IMG/VR virus record: IMGVR_UViG_3300028048_002144
Length of the DNA stretch: 64,000 bases
From: a virus
Taxonomy: Duplodnaviria > Caudoviricetes
Direction: 5' to 3' (one strand)
This document shows, in pieces, positions 1-10,592 of this stretch. The notes beneath the pieces are model-generated. The model worked only from the letters and a program-made list of their open reading frames with translations, did not search any database and was not told where the DNA came from. Numbering within the stretch: position 1 is the first letter of the stretch; every line of letters begins with the position of its first letter. The position numbers and the translations under genes are program-made.

Positions 1-422
1 CCCCAATGTTCAAGATCCTCATGTGTAATATCAGCTACTACGAAATCTTCAGACTCATTTATCCATAAAATCTTATAGATAATTGGAATATCATAAAACA
101 TTCTATGTGGGATTAAGGCTAAATCCAAATTCCCATCACTCACAGTCATAATGATATTATTTTTAATACCATCAAAATTCTCTGATAATCTAACCATGTC
201 AATAAATTCAATAAGTTTACTGGTACAGTATTCAACAATATCTTCCTCTGAAATAGGCAAATTGTGACACGACATGAAAAATGATTCCATCATAAATGGC
301 TTATCAATACGATTTCCATTGTCATCTTTTGCATATATACAGTTATCATCAACTTCGAAACATCCAGGTCTTTCCTTTTTTAGTTCTTCTACAATTTTCT
401 TTTCAAAGCTTTTATAAGTCAT
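1..422 (-). CDS. Hypothetical protein, 3'-truncated by the window (DUF5688-like)
   Basis: Hand-translated open frame MTYKSFEKKIVEELKK...IPHRMFYDIPIIYKIL...ITHEDLEHWG; SD GAAAGGAG upstream. Family resemblance from memory only. Confidence 0.6.
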   Translation of the reverse strand, partial: MTYKSFEKKIVEELKKERPGCFEVDDNCIYAKDDNGNRIDKPFMMESFFMSCHNLPISEEDIVEYCTSKLIEFIDMVRLSENFDGIKNNIIMTVSDGNLDLALIPHRMFYDIPIIYKILWINESEDFVVADITHEDLEHW

Positions 423-610
423 ACATTCTCCTTTCTTTTTAAAAAGCTAATTAGAATATGAAAGATTTTTTAAACAAATTAAGCTAATTTAATTTTGCTC
501 GTGTTTCAAATAGCTTTTAGTAAACTAAAGGTTATTATCTATATTCTACGCTGTAAGAAAACATAAAAATACCCTCTTTACTTATTATTTTGTAAAGAGG
601 GTACTATTAT

Positions 611-1402
611 TTACTCTTCTGCATCTTCTGTAGCGTCAATCGTCTTTTTATAGTTTTTCAGGTATTCAGTTGCAAATGGGACAATTTCCATAGCATTGTC
701 TCTCCATTCGTATTCTTTACCACAATCTGGGCATGTAGTTCTTCTCGTGAAAGAACGGGCCTGTATATAACCATCAATAAGAATTTCAGCACCCTTCTGT
801 AAATGCTCCAGATCTTTATCTGCGTTTTTGCCATAAGATTTAACCCAAGGATAATCTGTATCGACATCATCATTCTGATTTTTAAGACGATATTTTCTCG
901 GTACAGCTATCTGATACTGACAAATACTACCTATCTTCTTATTGACGATTTTAACCTTTTCTGGTTCGGTACATAAGTCTCCAATAATTTTAATATTATT
1001 AGACACTTCTTTTAAAGAATGGAGCATATCAATTGCCTGATCTTTGGTCTTGCATGATTTGATTTTTAATATATTAATAGGCTCAATATATACAATCGTT
1101 CCAGGGGTTGAAAATTCTTTTCCGCATTCTGGGCAAATTGTAGTTTTATTGATTGTTTTAGTTACTAATACGCCCTTAATCTGGATAATATCATTTTCTT
1201 CTATTTCTGCAAGCTGGTTAACTATATCTGTATCCTTAGTCATTACTAACGGAGAGTCTAATCTATTCTTCTTATCATTATCTTCTACTTCTCTATCGCT
1301 TCTTATAACTAAAAGCTGTGTTGTGCCCATAGACATATCTTCTGCAATCCTTGGATCATGCATGTTTATACCCTGTAGAATAACATCATTAAATCTTGCC
1401 AT
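611..1402 (-). CDS. Tandem-OB-fold ssDNA-binding protein with two CxxC zinc ribbons
   Basis: Two SSB-like halves (NDVILQG / NNIKIIGDLC, DTDYPWVKSYGKNA, KGAEILIDGYIQAR), each with CPxCGK. Confidence 0.75.
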   Translation of the reverse strand: MARFNDVILQGINMHDPRIAEDMSMGTTQLLVIRSDREVEDNDKKNRLDSPLVMTKDTDIVNQLAEIEENDIIQIKGVLVTKTINKTTICPECGKEFSTPGTIVYIEPINILKIKSCKTKDQAIDMLHSLKEVSNNIKIIGDLCTEPEKVKIVNKKIGSICQYQIAVPRKYRLKNQNDDVDTDYPWVKSYGKNADKDLEHLQKGAEILIDGYIQARSFTRRTTCPDCGKEYEWRDNAMEIVPFATEYLKNYKKTIDATEDAEE

Positions 1403-1490
1403 TTTTATACCTCGTTAAAATGTATTATAAAATTACTTTCATCTATAAGAAATATGACAGATACCAATTTTTAGGTATCTGCCACACGAG

Positions 1491-2219
1491 TCATCTTACA
1501 TAGAAGTATTTTAAATCGTCTAATCTTAAACAACATAGTCTTCCTAATCCGTTCATTTTATGTGTTTTTTCAAAAGGTATCCTAGCACATCCACAATCTA
1601 TATTTATATAATGCCCTTTGCATCCATGAAACAGACATGTTTCTCTATGTGAATTAACTAAAGGACTTATAGAATGCCCTGCGATTACGGTTTGATGTTT
1701 TCGCTTTTTAAACGAATCAAAACAGCGAACTTCTGAGAAGGGATAATTTCTTTCCCAGAGAGCAGTATGTATATCATCACTATTTAAGTCTTTTATAGTT
1801 TTGATTTCATCATCTTCTATATCTATTGGTGATGAGTGGATTAAGTAATAATCTTTATTATTAACCGTTATTTTAGGAATCACAATCGGCATATTTTCGA
1901 TATAGTCTAAAACACATTCTTTAAGATTATCCGGTAAATCTTCATATTGATCCATAGTAGTTGTTCCACCATTAGATAACCAGAGCATAAAATCTTCTCC
2001 GAAGGCATAGACTTTATACATCATATATTCATGATTCCCCATTAAGCATGTGATATTTGAGAATTTCATTATATAAAGTAACATATCAATAGATTGTGGT
2101 CCCCTATCAATAACGTCACCTATGATATATAAAGTATCATTATTAGTGAAATTTATCGTTTTAAGCATTTTTTTAAATAACTCAAATTGTCCATGTATAT
2201 CTGACATTACATATACCAT
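1491..2219 (-). CDS. Calcineurin-like Ser/Thr protein phosphatase (metallophosphoesterase)
   Basis: SDIHG, GDVIDRG, GNHE, GH and IDCG motifs. Confidence 0.9.
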   Translation of the reverse strand: MVYVMSDIHGQFELFKKMLKTINFTNNDTLYIIGDVIDRGPQSIDMLLYIMKFSNITCLMGNHEYMMYKVYAFGEDFMLWLSNGGTTTMDQYEDLPDNLKECVLDYIENMPIVIPKITVNNKDYYLIHSSPIDIEDDEIKTIKDLNSDDIHTALWERNYPFSEVRCFDSFKKRKHQTVIAGHSISPLVNSHRETCLFHGCKGHYINIDCGCARIPFEKTHKMNGLGRLCCLRLDDLKYFYVR

Positions 2220-2231
2220 AGGAAGTCCTTT

Positions 2232-2597
2232 CTAAAATGTTTTGTCAGACATATGTAATTCTTCCAAATTACCCTGTCTAACAGTTATTGCTCGTGATAT
2301 AGCTTGATATGATAGTTTTAATGAAGATATTATATCGTTTACTGCATCTCTTTTATCCATAAGAATAGTTTTCTCTTCTTTATTTCCTAACCTTGCAGCT
2401 TCATGTACTTCTCTTCGTAAAAACATCAGCAAAGTATTCAGGTACTGATAATTTCTGGCACAAATTAGCATGACCTTTGCAGCTTCTTCAGCTTCCTCTA
2501 TAGTTTCTATATGTACAGGAATATTTACAGAGAATTCTTTAATAAGATATTCAAAGAAATCTATGTTATCCATATTAATTAATTTGTCCATTCTCAT
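2232..2597 (-). CDS. Hypothetical helical protein
   Basis: ORF; start moved to ATG 2597 behind AAGGAAGG, which avoids overlap with recD2. Confidence 0.6.
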   Translation of the reverse strand: MRMDKLINMDNIDFFEYLIKEFSVNIPVHIETIEEAEEAAKVMLICARNYQYLNTLLMFLRREVHEAARLGNKEEKTILMDKRDAVNDIISSLKLSYQAISRAITVRQGNLEELHMSDKTF

Positions 2598-2610
2598 ATA
2601 AACACCTTCC

Positions 2611-5064
2611 TTATACAGACATCTCTTGATAATCCTGGGCAATAGACAGATTAAGTGACGTATATCTGGTTCCACCATTTATGTTATTAATAGCAGTCTG
2701 GAAAGCCCATCTATTTCCGATCATATAACATTTTTCTTTTGCTCTTGTAATTCCCGTATAGAGAGTTTTCCTTGATAGCAATATAAAATCACTCTTTTCA
2801 AGTAAGCAAAATACACATTTGAACTGAGAGCCCTGGGACTTATGATATGTAAGAGCATAAGCTAAATCTAGCTGCTTAATCTCTTTCTTTGTGTAATTAA
2901 CTACCTTATCATCATCAAATTTAACGGTTGCATCTCCAGAGAAAGGATCTAAATATGTTATAGTTCCAGTTTCTCCATTAAAGGCATTAATATCATAGTT
3001 ATTTGTAGTCTGATATACTCTATCTCCAGTTCTTAACACTTTTCTATCAGCTATATTAATTAAATACTCACTCTTTTCTGGCGATTGTGGGTTTACAATT
3101 CTTTGTAATGTCTTATTTAAAGAAGCTACACCAGTTAAATTCTTCTTCATTGGAGTCAATATAATTATTTCTGATAATGGATAATTTTTTAGTGCTTCTT
3201 TATATAATTCTATAGTTTTTCGATAAGTAATATCTGGAGTGTAGCTCCACCATGTTTTGAAGTTATAGTCATTTGTAATAGCTTGTGTCTGCGCTCCTTC
3301 ATTTACTAATTTAGCATTCGCTTCAATAGAACCAAAATTTCTATGTGAAGTAATAAGTCTTGATGTAGGGATAACATCTGAATCAATCATGTCTTTTAAT
3401 ACTTCACCAGCACTTACTGAAGGTAACTGATCTGGATCTCCTACAAATACAAACTGCGCTTTTTTAGTTGAAGTTATAAGTTTAGTAAAATCTTTTAAAC
3501 CTACCATAGAAGTTTCATCTAAAATAATAATAGTATTGTCTGTAGTTAGAGTTCCACTTTTCTTTTTTAATTCAATCAAAAATCTAGCAACAGTATAAGC
3601 TTCATGGTTAGTCGCTTCTTTCATTCTTTTCGCAGCCTTACCAGTAGGTGCAAGCAAATATACATGAGAATCATCATCTTCCCATGCGTACAAAATAGCC
3701 TTAATAATAGATGTCTTTCCTCTTCCTGGGCCACCAGTAATAAGAGATATTCTATTATCTACAGATGTATATATAGCTTCTACTTGTTCTTTATCTAATT
3801 TTATAACTCTTCCGTCTACGCTTTCCTCTTCTTCTACTCGCTTGATAGCATTTTCGATTTTAGAGTCTTCTATATCTTTTAATTTTCCTTCTTCTAAAAG
3901 ATCTACGATAGTTATAGATACTCTGATTTCGCTTAAATAAAGACCCTTTTCATAAATACCTAAAGAACCATCATCAAATTTTCTAACAACAATTATTTTG
4001 TCTCGATTTTCTTCGGACATTAATTCATTTAATGTCGTTCTTATATTCTTATCTTCTGTAAAATAAGACTTCTCGTTAATGATTTTATTAAATATATTCT
4101 CAAATGAGTGTCTTTTTAAGATATACTGATTCAATGTTTCTATTTCTTCATCAGTAAATTTGTTTTCTTTGATATATTTATTTTTAGAAGTAGTGTTATC
4201 CCATTTGATAATAATATTAGACATCTTTCTTTTATGGTTTACTACAATATCTCTTAGAGTAGACTTATCCCATTCTGGAGTATCTGTAGGTACACCAGAA
4301 GCCTTGAAAACATCCATATACAAAATATCTTTTAAGGTCTGAGGAGCCAATATAATCTCTAATACTGCGTTTTTTAAGTCTTCTATAGTCATATAACAAC
4401 TACCATCTTGTTCAGAAGACTGTTTTAATACGTATGATGTTGCTGCTAAAATTCTTTCTGGAGAATCGTACTGCATACCAGCTTTTCTCGCTAAAGAATC
4501 AGCTTTTAAAAAACCAAATCTAGGTAAATCATATATAAGTTTATATGGGTTATCCTGTAAGATTTCTTGCGCTTTGTTTTTATATTTTGCGTAAATCGTT
4601 TCAGCCTGTTTTGTTGTGATATTACCTTTAGTTACGTAATATATTGGATATAAATTCTTATATTTATGGTACTCTTTTGTAATTCGTTCAGCCTGGGTTT
4701 CATTCAAACCGATCTTGGCATTAACAAGCATATCCTTATCTTTCATGAACTTATTGAAATTAAGTCCATATGCATCAATTAGCTTTCTAGCCGCAGTTTC
4801 TCCAATTCCAGAGAAGAAATCTGAACTAATAAAATTAATTACTGTATATCTCATATCTGAGGTATTAATAATAATTTTTAATGCTTCAAATTCTTTTTCT
4901 TCTTTATTGAATTCACCCTCAGCAACGAACTCAAAACCACAAACACAAGTAGGGAAAATACCCTTTACAGATATTTTCCCTATGCTTGTAGATGCATTTA
5001 CTATGGCATAATTTTTAGTACCCATATATGTTATTCTTGTGATAACACCAGTTATTTTTTCCAT
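2611..5064 (-). CDS. recD2: RecD2-like SF1B helicase
   Basis: GIGETAA HhH, NPY..GFLKAD, Walker A GGPGRGKT, DETSM, GDPDQLPSV, YALTYHKSQGSQF, YTGITRAK. Confidence 0.92.
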   Translation of the reverse strand: MEKITGVITRITYMGTKNYAIVNASTSIGKISVKGIFPTCVCGFEFVAEGEFNKEEKEFEALKIIINTSDMRYTVINFISSDFFSGIGETAARKLIDAYGLNFNKFMKDKDMLVNAKIGLNETQAERITKEYHKYKNLYPIYYVTKGNITTKQAETIYAKYKNKAQEILQDNPYKLIYDLPRFGFLKADSLARKAGMQYDSPERILAATSYVLKQSSEQDGSCYMTIEDLKNAVLEIILAPQTLKDILYMDVFKASGVPTDTPEWDKSTLRDIVVNHKRKMSNIIIKWDNTTSKNKYIKENKFTDEEIETLNQYILKRHSFENIFNKIINEKSYFTEDKNIRTTLNELMSEENRDKIIVVRKFDDGSLGIYEKGLYLSEIRVSITIVDLLEEGKLKDIEDSKIENAIKRVEEEESVDGRVIKLDKEQVEAIYTSVDNRISLITGGPGRGKTSIIKAILYAWEDDDSHVYLLAPTGKAAKRMKEATNHEAYTVARFLIELKKKSGTLTTDNTIIILDETSMVGLKDFTKLITSTKKAQFVFVGDPDQLPSVSAGEVLKDMIDSDVIPTSRLITSHRNFGSIEANAKLVNEGAQTQAITNDYNFKTWWSYTPDITYRKTIELYKEALKNYPLSEIIILTPMKKNLTGVASLNKTLQRIVNPQSPEKSEYLINIADRKVLRTGDRVYQTTNNYDINAFNGETGTITYLDPFSGDATVKFDDDKVVNYTKKEIKQLDLAYALTYHKSQGSQFKCVFCLLEKSDFILLSRKTLYTGITRAKEKCYMIGNRWAFQTAINNINGGTRYTSLNLSIAQDYQEMSV

Positions 5065-5138
5065 CTTTTATCATCCTTTCGAAGACAAATAATGTCCTAT
5101 ATATAATATGACTTGAGATAGACGTTTTTGGGCTTTTC

Positions 5139-7205
5139 TTATGCATTTTTTTCTAATAATTTTGAGAGATATGTATATCGTTTCTTTGGCATTGTTAAGA
5201 TAGCCTTTTTTAATAATCCTGGTGTTTCCATGATTATTACTTGCTTTTTTGCTCGTGTAACAGCAGTATATAATAACTGCTTATTTATCATATTTATTGA
5301 TTCTGGCGTTAATATAATTATCACGGAATCATATTCCTGACCTTGTGATTTATGTACAGTAATCGAATATGCTAGTTTAATATCTTTTAGATCCTTTTTG
5401 TTAATGAATAAGTCCTTGTTTAAGAACTTAACATATATACCATCATAATCTATAGACACAATCTTACCCATATCTCCATTTATATAGCCTACTGTATAAT
5501 TGTTTTCAGTGGCGATAATCATATCTCCTAGATGAAATTCGGTACTTCCAAAAGGAATACTGTCTGGGCATATCTTCTTAGTTTCTAACAATCTCTCCTG
5601 TATTATTTTATTGATATAGTTACAACCACTAATATGTTTATTTATAGGAGTAAGTATTTCTGAATTATCTGTATAAAATGAAGATGATAGTTCTACTATA
5701 CTGTTTGTATCCGGCATAGTATATACCTCAAAATCAGCGCAATTTGTAGGCAAATTCGTATCTCCGTTATTTATCTTATAACTTATATCTATAATATTAG
5801 AATCCTCTGTTTGCCTATATGTATGCGTTAATTTGTATACTTCCAAATCTGAAGAGATTAAGTCCTCTAGTATCTTCCCTGGTCCGATAGCTGGTAACTG
5901 GTCTACATCACCTATCAAAATAAGTGTAGAGTTATTTGGTATGCTGTTAAAAAGAACTTCGGCTAAATCAAGAGATAACATAGATGCTTCGTCTATAATA
6001 TATATCTTCTGATCTAGTTTTTGTGTAGCTAGAAGTTCATCATTATTTTCATACGGAATAATCTTTAATAATTTATTCAATGTATATGCTGGCAATCCAG
6101 TTTTAATAGACATATTCTGTGCAGCATTTCCCGTAGGAGATGCGAGGGCAATATCATCTAAAACATACCCAGTTCTTAAATAATAGTCTAATATAAGCTT
6201 TGTGATGGTTGTTTTGCCCGTTCCAGGGCCGCCAGTAATGACTTTTATGCCTTTTGAACTAATAGCCCCTAGAATAGCCGAATACTGGCTCTCAGAAGGT
6301 TTAAAATCGCCTATTACATTATTAAGAATATCTATGTTAATTTCTGTTTTTTCATTTTGTGACTTTAATCTATGGATATTTCTCGCAATAGACTTTTCCT
6401 TATAATAAGTCTTTTTAAAAAATATCTTATCATCAATGATTAGTACGTTTCTATCTAGTTCAGCACATGAGATAATAAACATATACATTCTATAATCAGA
6501 TACTCTTAAAGCTATATCTTTTAAAGTTATATATGTAGATCCAGACGATTCAGCTATATCTAATAGATTCCAAAGCATTCCTCGTGCTCGACATCTTCTA
6601 TATTTTGGTATATTAAACTGATTCGCTAAAGTTAATGCAATTTTGTAATCTACATAAGTAGATTTGCATACCGTAAAAGGATCTTTTTTTAATCTCTCTA
6701 TGGATTTTATTGAATATAGGTTATAGATTTTTTTAGTATCATAATAATTTCCACCAGCAGATGAAATTATGTCGTAAAGTTCTTTTTCGTGAAGTATGAA
6801 TTTTGCTTTCTTATAGATTTTGTGTATATCTTTATGGTATTTTTCATCTAGGTTATATAACAACTCTTTTTCACTAGAAGATGCGTTTATCAGTGAAACG
6901 ATATCTGGATAATCCGTGCATATATTAATACATGTATCGGTATCTAAAATGTCGAATGCAGCCATAAATTTTATAGCATTAGCAGAATCGTTATATAAAA
7001 TAGTATATTCGTTAAAAGCAAAGTATTCTTTACCATTTTTGTCTTTTTTATACGAACCGGTTAACTGTACAGGTGTTTTAGAGATTAAATCCTGGATTTT
7101 GCCTTTACAAAAAATTTTCCCAGAATTTGCACTCATATAAAACCCAGAAAATCCGGTTTCTGCATTTTCATATATCTTATGCTCAAAAAGACCTTCTAAC
7201 TTCAC
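5139..7205 (-). CDS. recD2: Second RecD2-like SF1B helicase
   Basis: GGPGTGKT, DEASM, GDVDQLPAIG, YSITVHKSQGQE, YTAVTRAK; GTG start with SD AAGGAG. Confidence 0.9.
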   Translation of the reverse strand: MKLEGLFEHKIYENAETGFSGFYMSANSGKIFCKGKIQDLISKTPVQLTGSYKKDKNGKEYFAFNEYTILYNDSANAIKFMAAFDILDTDTCINICTDYPDIVSLINASSSEKELLYNLDEKYHKDIHKIYKKAKFILHEKELYDIISSAGGNYYDTKKIYNLYSIKSIERLKKDPFTVCKSTYVDYKIALTLANQFNIPKYRRCRARGMLWNLLDIAESSGSTYITLKDIALRVSDYRMYMFIISCAELDRNVLIIDDKIFFKKTYYKEKSIARNIHRLKSQNEKTEINIDILNNVIGDFKPSESQYSAILGAISSKGIKVITGGPGTGKTTITKLILDYYLRTGYVLDDIALASPTGNAAQNMSIKTGLPAYTLNKLLKIIPYENNDELLATQKLDQKIYIIDEASMLSLDLAEVLFNSIPNNSTLILIGDVDQLPAIGPGKILEDLISSDLEVYKLTHTYRQTEDSNIIDISYKINNGDTNLPTNCADFEVYTMPDTNSIVELSSSFYTDNSEILTPINKHISGCNYINKIIQERLLETKKICPDSIPFGSTEFHLGDMIIATENNYTVGYINGDMGKIVSIDYDGIYVKFLNKDLFINKKDLKDIKLAYSITVHKSQGQEYDSVIIILTPESINMINKQLLYTAVTRAKKQVIIMETPGLLKKAILTMPKKRYTYLSKLLEKNA

Positions 7206-7295
7206 TTATATCTCCTTTAAAATAAAACTATGCATTTTTAATATGACTTGAACTGACTGTTTTTAAGAAGTTTGATGTATAAAATTTTATAAAAA

Positions 7296-7326
7296 ATAAC
7301 GCACCACATAAAGTGATGCGCTATTT
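7296..7326 (-). terminator. Intrinsic terminator after the ParM operon
   Basis: Imperfect hairpin aataacgca..tgcgctatt followed by a U-run on the minus strand. Confidence 0.55.
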
Positions 7327-7347
7327 GCAATATTTTAAATTCTTATA

Positions 7348-7722
7348 TTACTTATCCAGACCTTTTATATAATCTTCTGGATCTTCAATATTTAATGCAC
7401 TAAACATCTGCTCTTCGTGTTCAGATGGTAGAACGGTCTTGTAACCATTCAATACCTTAACGAATTCAGCAAACAGATTTGGTTTAATATCTTCTTTCAA
7501 AACGAAAGGAGATAACATATCATTTCTGAACCCAGCATATACATATTTAGGCTCTTTTCTTTGTTCCTCTTCATCTACCAACTCTTCGTCTACACAAACT
7601 GAAACAAAAAATGGCATTTTTGCTTTAATACAAGCCTTCTTTAGTTCAATCAGCGCAGGAAGTACATATGTATTGTAATCCTTTAGACGTTCTTTATTTG
7701 TAATATCTAACTTCTTACCCAT
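7348..7722 (-). CDS. Hypothetical protein
   Basis: ORF with SD, last gene of the ParM operon. Confidence 0.65.
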   Translation of the reverse strand: MGKKLDITNKERLKDYNTYVLPALIELKKACIKAKMPFFVSVCVDEELVDEEEQRKEPKYVYAGFRNDMLSPFVLKEDIKPNLFAEFVKVLNGYKTVLPSEHEEQMFSALNIEDPEDYIKGLDK

Positions 7723-7734
7723 TTATATTCCTTT

Positions 7735-8391
7735 CTAAAACATAGCATTTAATGAGTCTACACTACCAAATAAATCAAAATCATCATCATTTTCTTTTGG
7801 TTTAGGCATAACTGCAGCTTCCGTTACAGTAGGTTTTACTGGAGTTTCAACCTTTGCTTTTACTTTTGGTGATTCAGACTCTTTTTTCTGTTCTTTTTGC
7901 TCTTTTTGTTCTTTTAATTTTTTTAGCTCTTTATCTTCTTTTTTAGGAGTGATCTTCTTCTTTTTCTTATCAAACTTTTTCGGAATAGGTGGTTCCACCT
8001 TTATTTCTGTCTTGTCTGCTTCTGAATTTAGAATATCATTAACATTAGAATCAAGTTCTTTAAGACAAATAAAAGCATAATTCCCAACTAAAGATCCTCG
8101 TAATACAGATTTACAAAAAGCATTAAACATTTTAGGCTTAATGTTATCTAAAAAAGCAATTAGTTCTTTGTCTGTCTCTTCGTCTAAATATAAAAAACAC
8201 TGATATGCATATTTGAATTCGAAATTATTCATTTCTTTAGGGATATCTGGTGTTTTATATTTAATAGGCTGATTATTCATATAGGCATACAAAGAACGTT
8301 TAAGAGCCTTCTGAAAATTGAAATTTTTATTTTTATATAAGACCAATAAATCCATATCATGTCTTCTATAAAGTCGAATTGTCTTTTTCAT
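7735..8391 (-). CDS. Hypothetical protein, candidate ParM adaptor (ParR-like by position)
   Basis: Directly downstream of the ParM-like gene; basic N-terminus, low-complexity charged linker and acidic/aromatic tip (DDDFDLFGSVDSLNAMF). Function inferred from position. Confidence 0.5.
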   Translation of the reverse strand: MKKTIRLYRRHDMDLLVLYKNKNFNFQKALKRSLYAYMNNQPIKYKTPDIPKEMNNFEFKYAYQCFLYLDEETDKELIAFLDNIKPKMFNAFCKSVLRGSLVGNYAFICLKELDSNVNDILNSEADKTEIKVEPPIPKKFDKKKKKITPKKEDKELKKLKEQKEQKEQKKESESPKVKAKVETPVKPTVTEAAVMPKPKENDDDFDLFGSVDSLNAMF

Positions 8392-8424
8392 ATATACATA
8401 CCTCTAAAAAGAAGATAGGTTTCC

Positions 8425-9606
8425 CTACCCTCTCTTTTTTAAAGAGTCATTGAGGTTCATATAATAACCTCTTACATTTGAAAAGATAGCAGGAATCTGC
8501 GCATCCTTTCCCCAACTAGGAACAACCTTTAATGTTTCCATTCCTTTAAAGTATTCCTTAATATATGGATACCAAGCCTTACCAGTACCACCAGTTACAA
8601 TAAGATAATCCTGATCCTGCAAGTTATTGTAGAAGTTGCAAAGAGTATTCAAAGCTTCGCTACAAACTTCCTTGTTTGCTCTATCCAAGATAGGCTCAAT
8701 ATCAATACTCTTTACAGAACGTGTTTTATGATCAAACTTTGTCTTAAAAGTACCATCTTCTAATACTTTCTGCATCATAGGAATTGTAATATTAGTATCA
8801 TACTCTTCCTTAATGATTTCACAGGCCCTCTCAAGTACGTTTTTCATACCGAGATTATCCCATGTCTTTGAAGTATCAAGATAATGGTTCTTAATATCGA
8901 AAGTATCAAGAGTTCCGAAACCTGGATCAAAAATCAGTACATTTGATGAAAAATATTCTCTTGCGTTTTCATTTGCTCCACCATTATCGTTTGTGGCTAC
9001 AGAAATAAGTGTTCCCATTGGCTGAGGGATAACCTTAATATTATTTTCAGCATCAATATCAAACTCAAAATCAATCCAATCAGATGTTCCAAACTTAATC
9101 TGAAATTTGTGATGTCCAGCGAATACATCTACAATCTGTTCCTTATCTGTAGAAAGATATTCTGGTGGAAGTCCAGTCTGAATACATGGTGTTTTACCAG
9201 TAGGATCTCCATACTGATTTTTCATCATTCCAAGAGCAATTCCTACTCTCATGATTACTTTGAATTCTGGTGAATAATATCTTGAACGTGTATAAAGTGC
9301 TGCAGTAGAGCTATCACTTTCTCCAGTCTTCAATCTTGACTGTGCTGCATCACCTACGAAATACTCGTTATTTTCTTCATCACGATATGCGATAAAGTTC
9401 TTATCCAGTTTACCGATAGGATTATCTGCCATGCCAAAAGGCACTTTCTTAGCATAGCTAGGGAATGAAGCTACGATATTTGGACTATATGTTTTTACAG
9501 ATGAATATCCAATATCAATTGCTACTCCCCAATACTTAGGATTAAGTGGGTTCTGTCGTGTCAGAGTGAATGTTTTTGTTTTAAAATCTTTAGAATTAAC
9601 TGACAT
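8425..9606 (-). CDS. parM: ParM/StbA-family actin-like ATPase
   Basis: Actin-fold motifs IDIGYSSVK, TGLP, PQPMG, FDPGFGTLD, VTGGTG. Confidence 0.85.
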   Translation of the reverse strand: MSVNSKDFKTKTFTLTRQNPLNPKYWGVAIDIGYSSVKTYSPNIVASFPSYAKKVPFGMADNPIGKLDKNFIAYRDEENNEYFVGDAAQSRLKTGESDSSTAALYTRSRYYSPEFKVIMRVGIALGMMKNQYGDPTGKTPCIQTGLPPEYLSTDKEQIVDVFAGHHKFQIKFGTSDWIDFEFDIDAENNIKVIPQPMGTLISVATNDNGGANENAREYFSSNVLIFDPGFGTLDTFDIKNHYLDTSKTWDNLGMKNVLERACEIIKEEYDTNITIPMMQKVLEDGTFKTKFDHKTRSVKSIDIEPILDRANKEVCSEALNTLCNFYNNLQDQDYLIVTGGTGKAWYPYIKEYFKGMETLKVVPSWGKDAQIPAIFSNVRGYYMNLNDSLKKRG

Positions 9607-9621
9607 AAATTATTCCTTTCT

Positions 9622-10089
9622 TTATAAAAAATGGCTTCCCTTTACAGGAATAGATACTATGAATTTAACGTTAGAAATAGGTACACAACCATAATCTCTA
9701 CTATCTCGGCTATGATCTCTGTTATCTCCCATAAGATATACATGATCTTCGGGTACTGTAACACCATCATTTAGATTGCCAATAATAGTTGTTTTTATAT
9801 TTCTTTCTTCTTTTTGATCGTTGATATATAAATATCCAGATTTGATTCTTAGTTTATCTCCAGAAACTCCTACTACTCGCTTAATAACTAATTTGTTATA
9901 GTTAGTTTTTGCTACGACAATATCGCCTTTTTCAATTGTCTTTTTAATAGGATTTCTGAATACTAACTGGCTATCCTTTAATGTAGGATACATTGAATCA
10001 CCGGCTACCTGGCTAGGCCTAAAGAAATAGACTGCCAAGATTTCAACTAATAAGATAGCCGATATAACGATTATTCTTTTTTTCTTCAT
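9622..10089 (-). CDS. lepB: Signal peptidase I (S26)
   Basis: N-terminal TM; GDSMYPTL, IKRVVG, GDNRDHSRDSR. Confidence 0.9.
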   Translation of the reverse strand: MKKKRIIVISAILLVEILAVYFFRPSQVAGDSMYPTLKDSQLVFRNPIKKTIEKGDIVVAKTNYNKLVIKRVVGVSGDKLRIKSGYLYINDQKEERNIKTTIIGNLNDGVTVPEDHVYLMGDNRDHSRDSRDYGCVPISNVKFIVSIPVKGSHFL

Positions 10090-10097
10090 AGAAGCAC

Positions 10098-10454
10098 CTA
10101 TTTGTAAATCTTTCTGTTATAGATTATTAAGTCGATCCTATCTTCTGAATAAGATTTAACCTTTACATCAATAACCTTCTTTACTTTAAATTTCATTCCG
10201 GTGTAATCTTTGATATTGAAATTCTTCATATCTTCATCAATGATCTTAGAAAATGCTTCTACTACAGCTTCAGCATCAAAGAAATTTAATCGCATCGAGC
10301 ACATATGCTCATTTTCTGTTCGGTTCTCTTCATAATACTTAGGGCATGAATAAAAATTCGACATGTTCTCTGCGCCAGCATGCACGGTCATTTCTACTGG
10401 ATCATGATTATTTGCACAGAAAAAATGTATCTTTTTCCATAGATTTTTCTGCAT
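10098..10454 (-). CDS. Hypothetical protein with Cys/His metal-binding pattern
   Basis: CANNH...FYSCPKY...C; SD GAAAGG. Confidence 0.6.
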   Translation of the reverse strand: MQKNLWKKIHFFCANNHDPVEMTVHAGAENMSNFYSCPKYYEENRTENEHMCSMRLNFFDAEAVVEAFSKIIDEDMKNFNIKDYTGMKFKVKKVIDVKVKSYSEDRIDLIIYNRKIYK

Positions 10455-10592
10455 ATCTTTGCCTTTCTAATCATCTAATTAGTGGTAACTTTTATTATTA
10501 ATATGACAGATATAAGAACGTTTCTTGATTTTTGCATAAAAAAAGAGAAGTTCCAAAGAACCTCTCTTAAAATAAAATATAAACTTTACACA

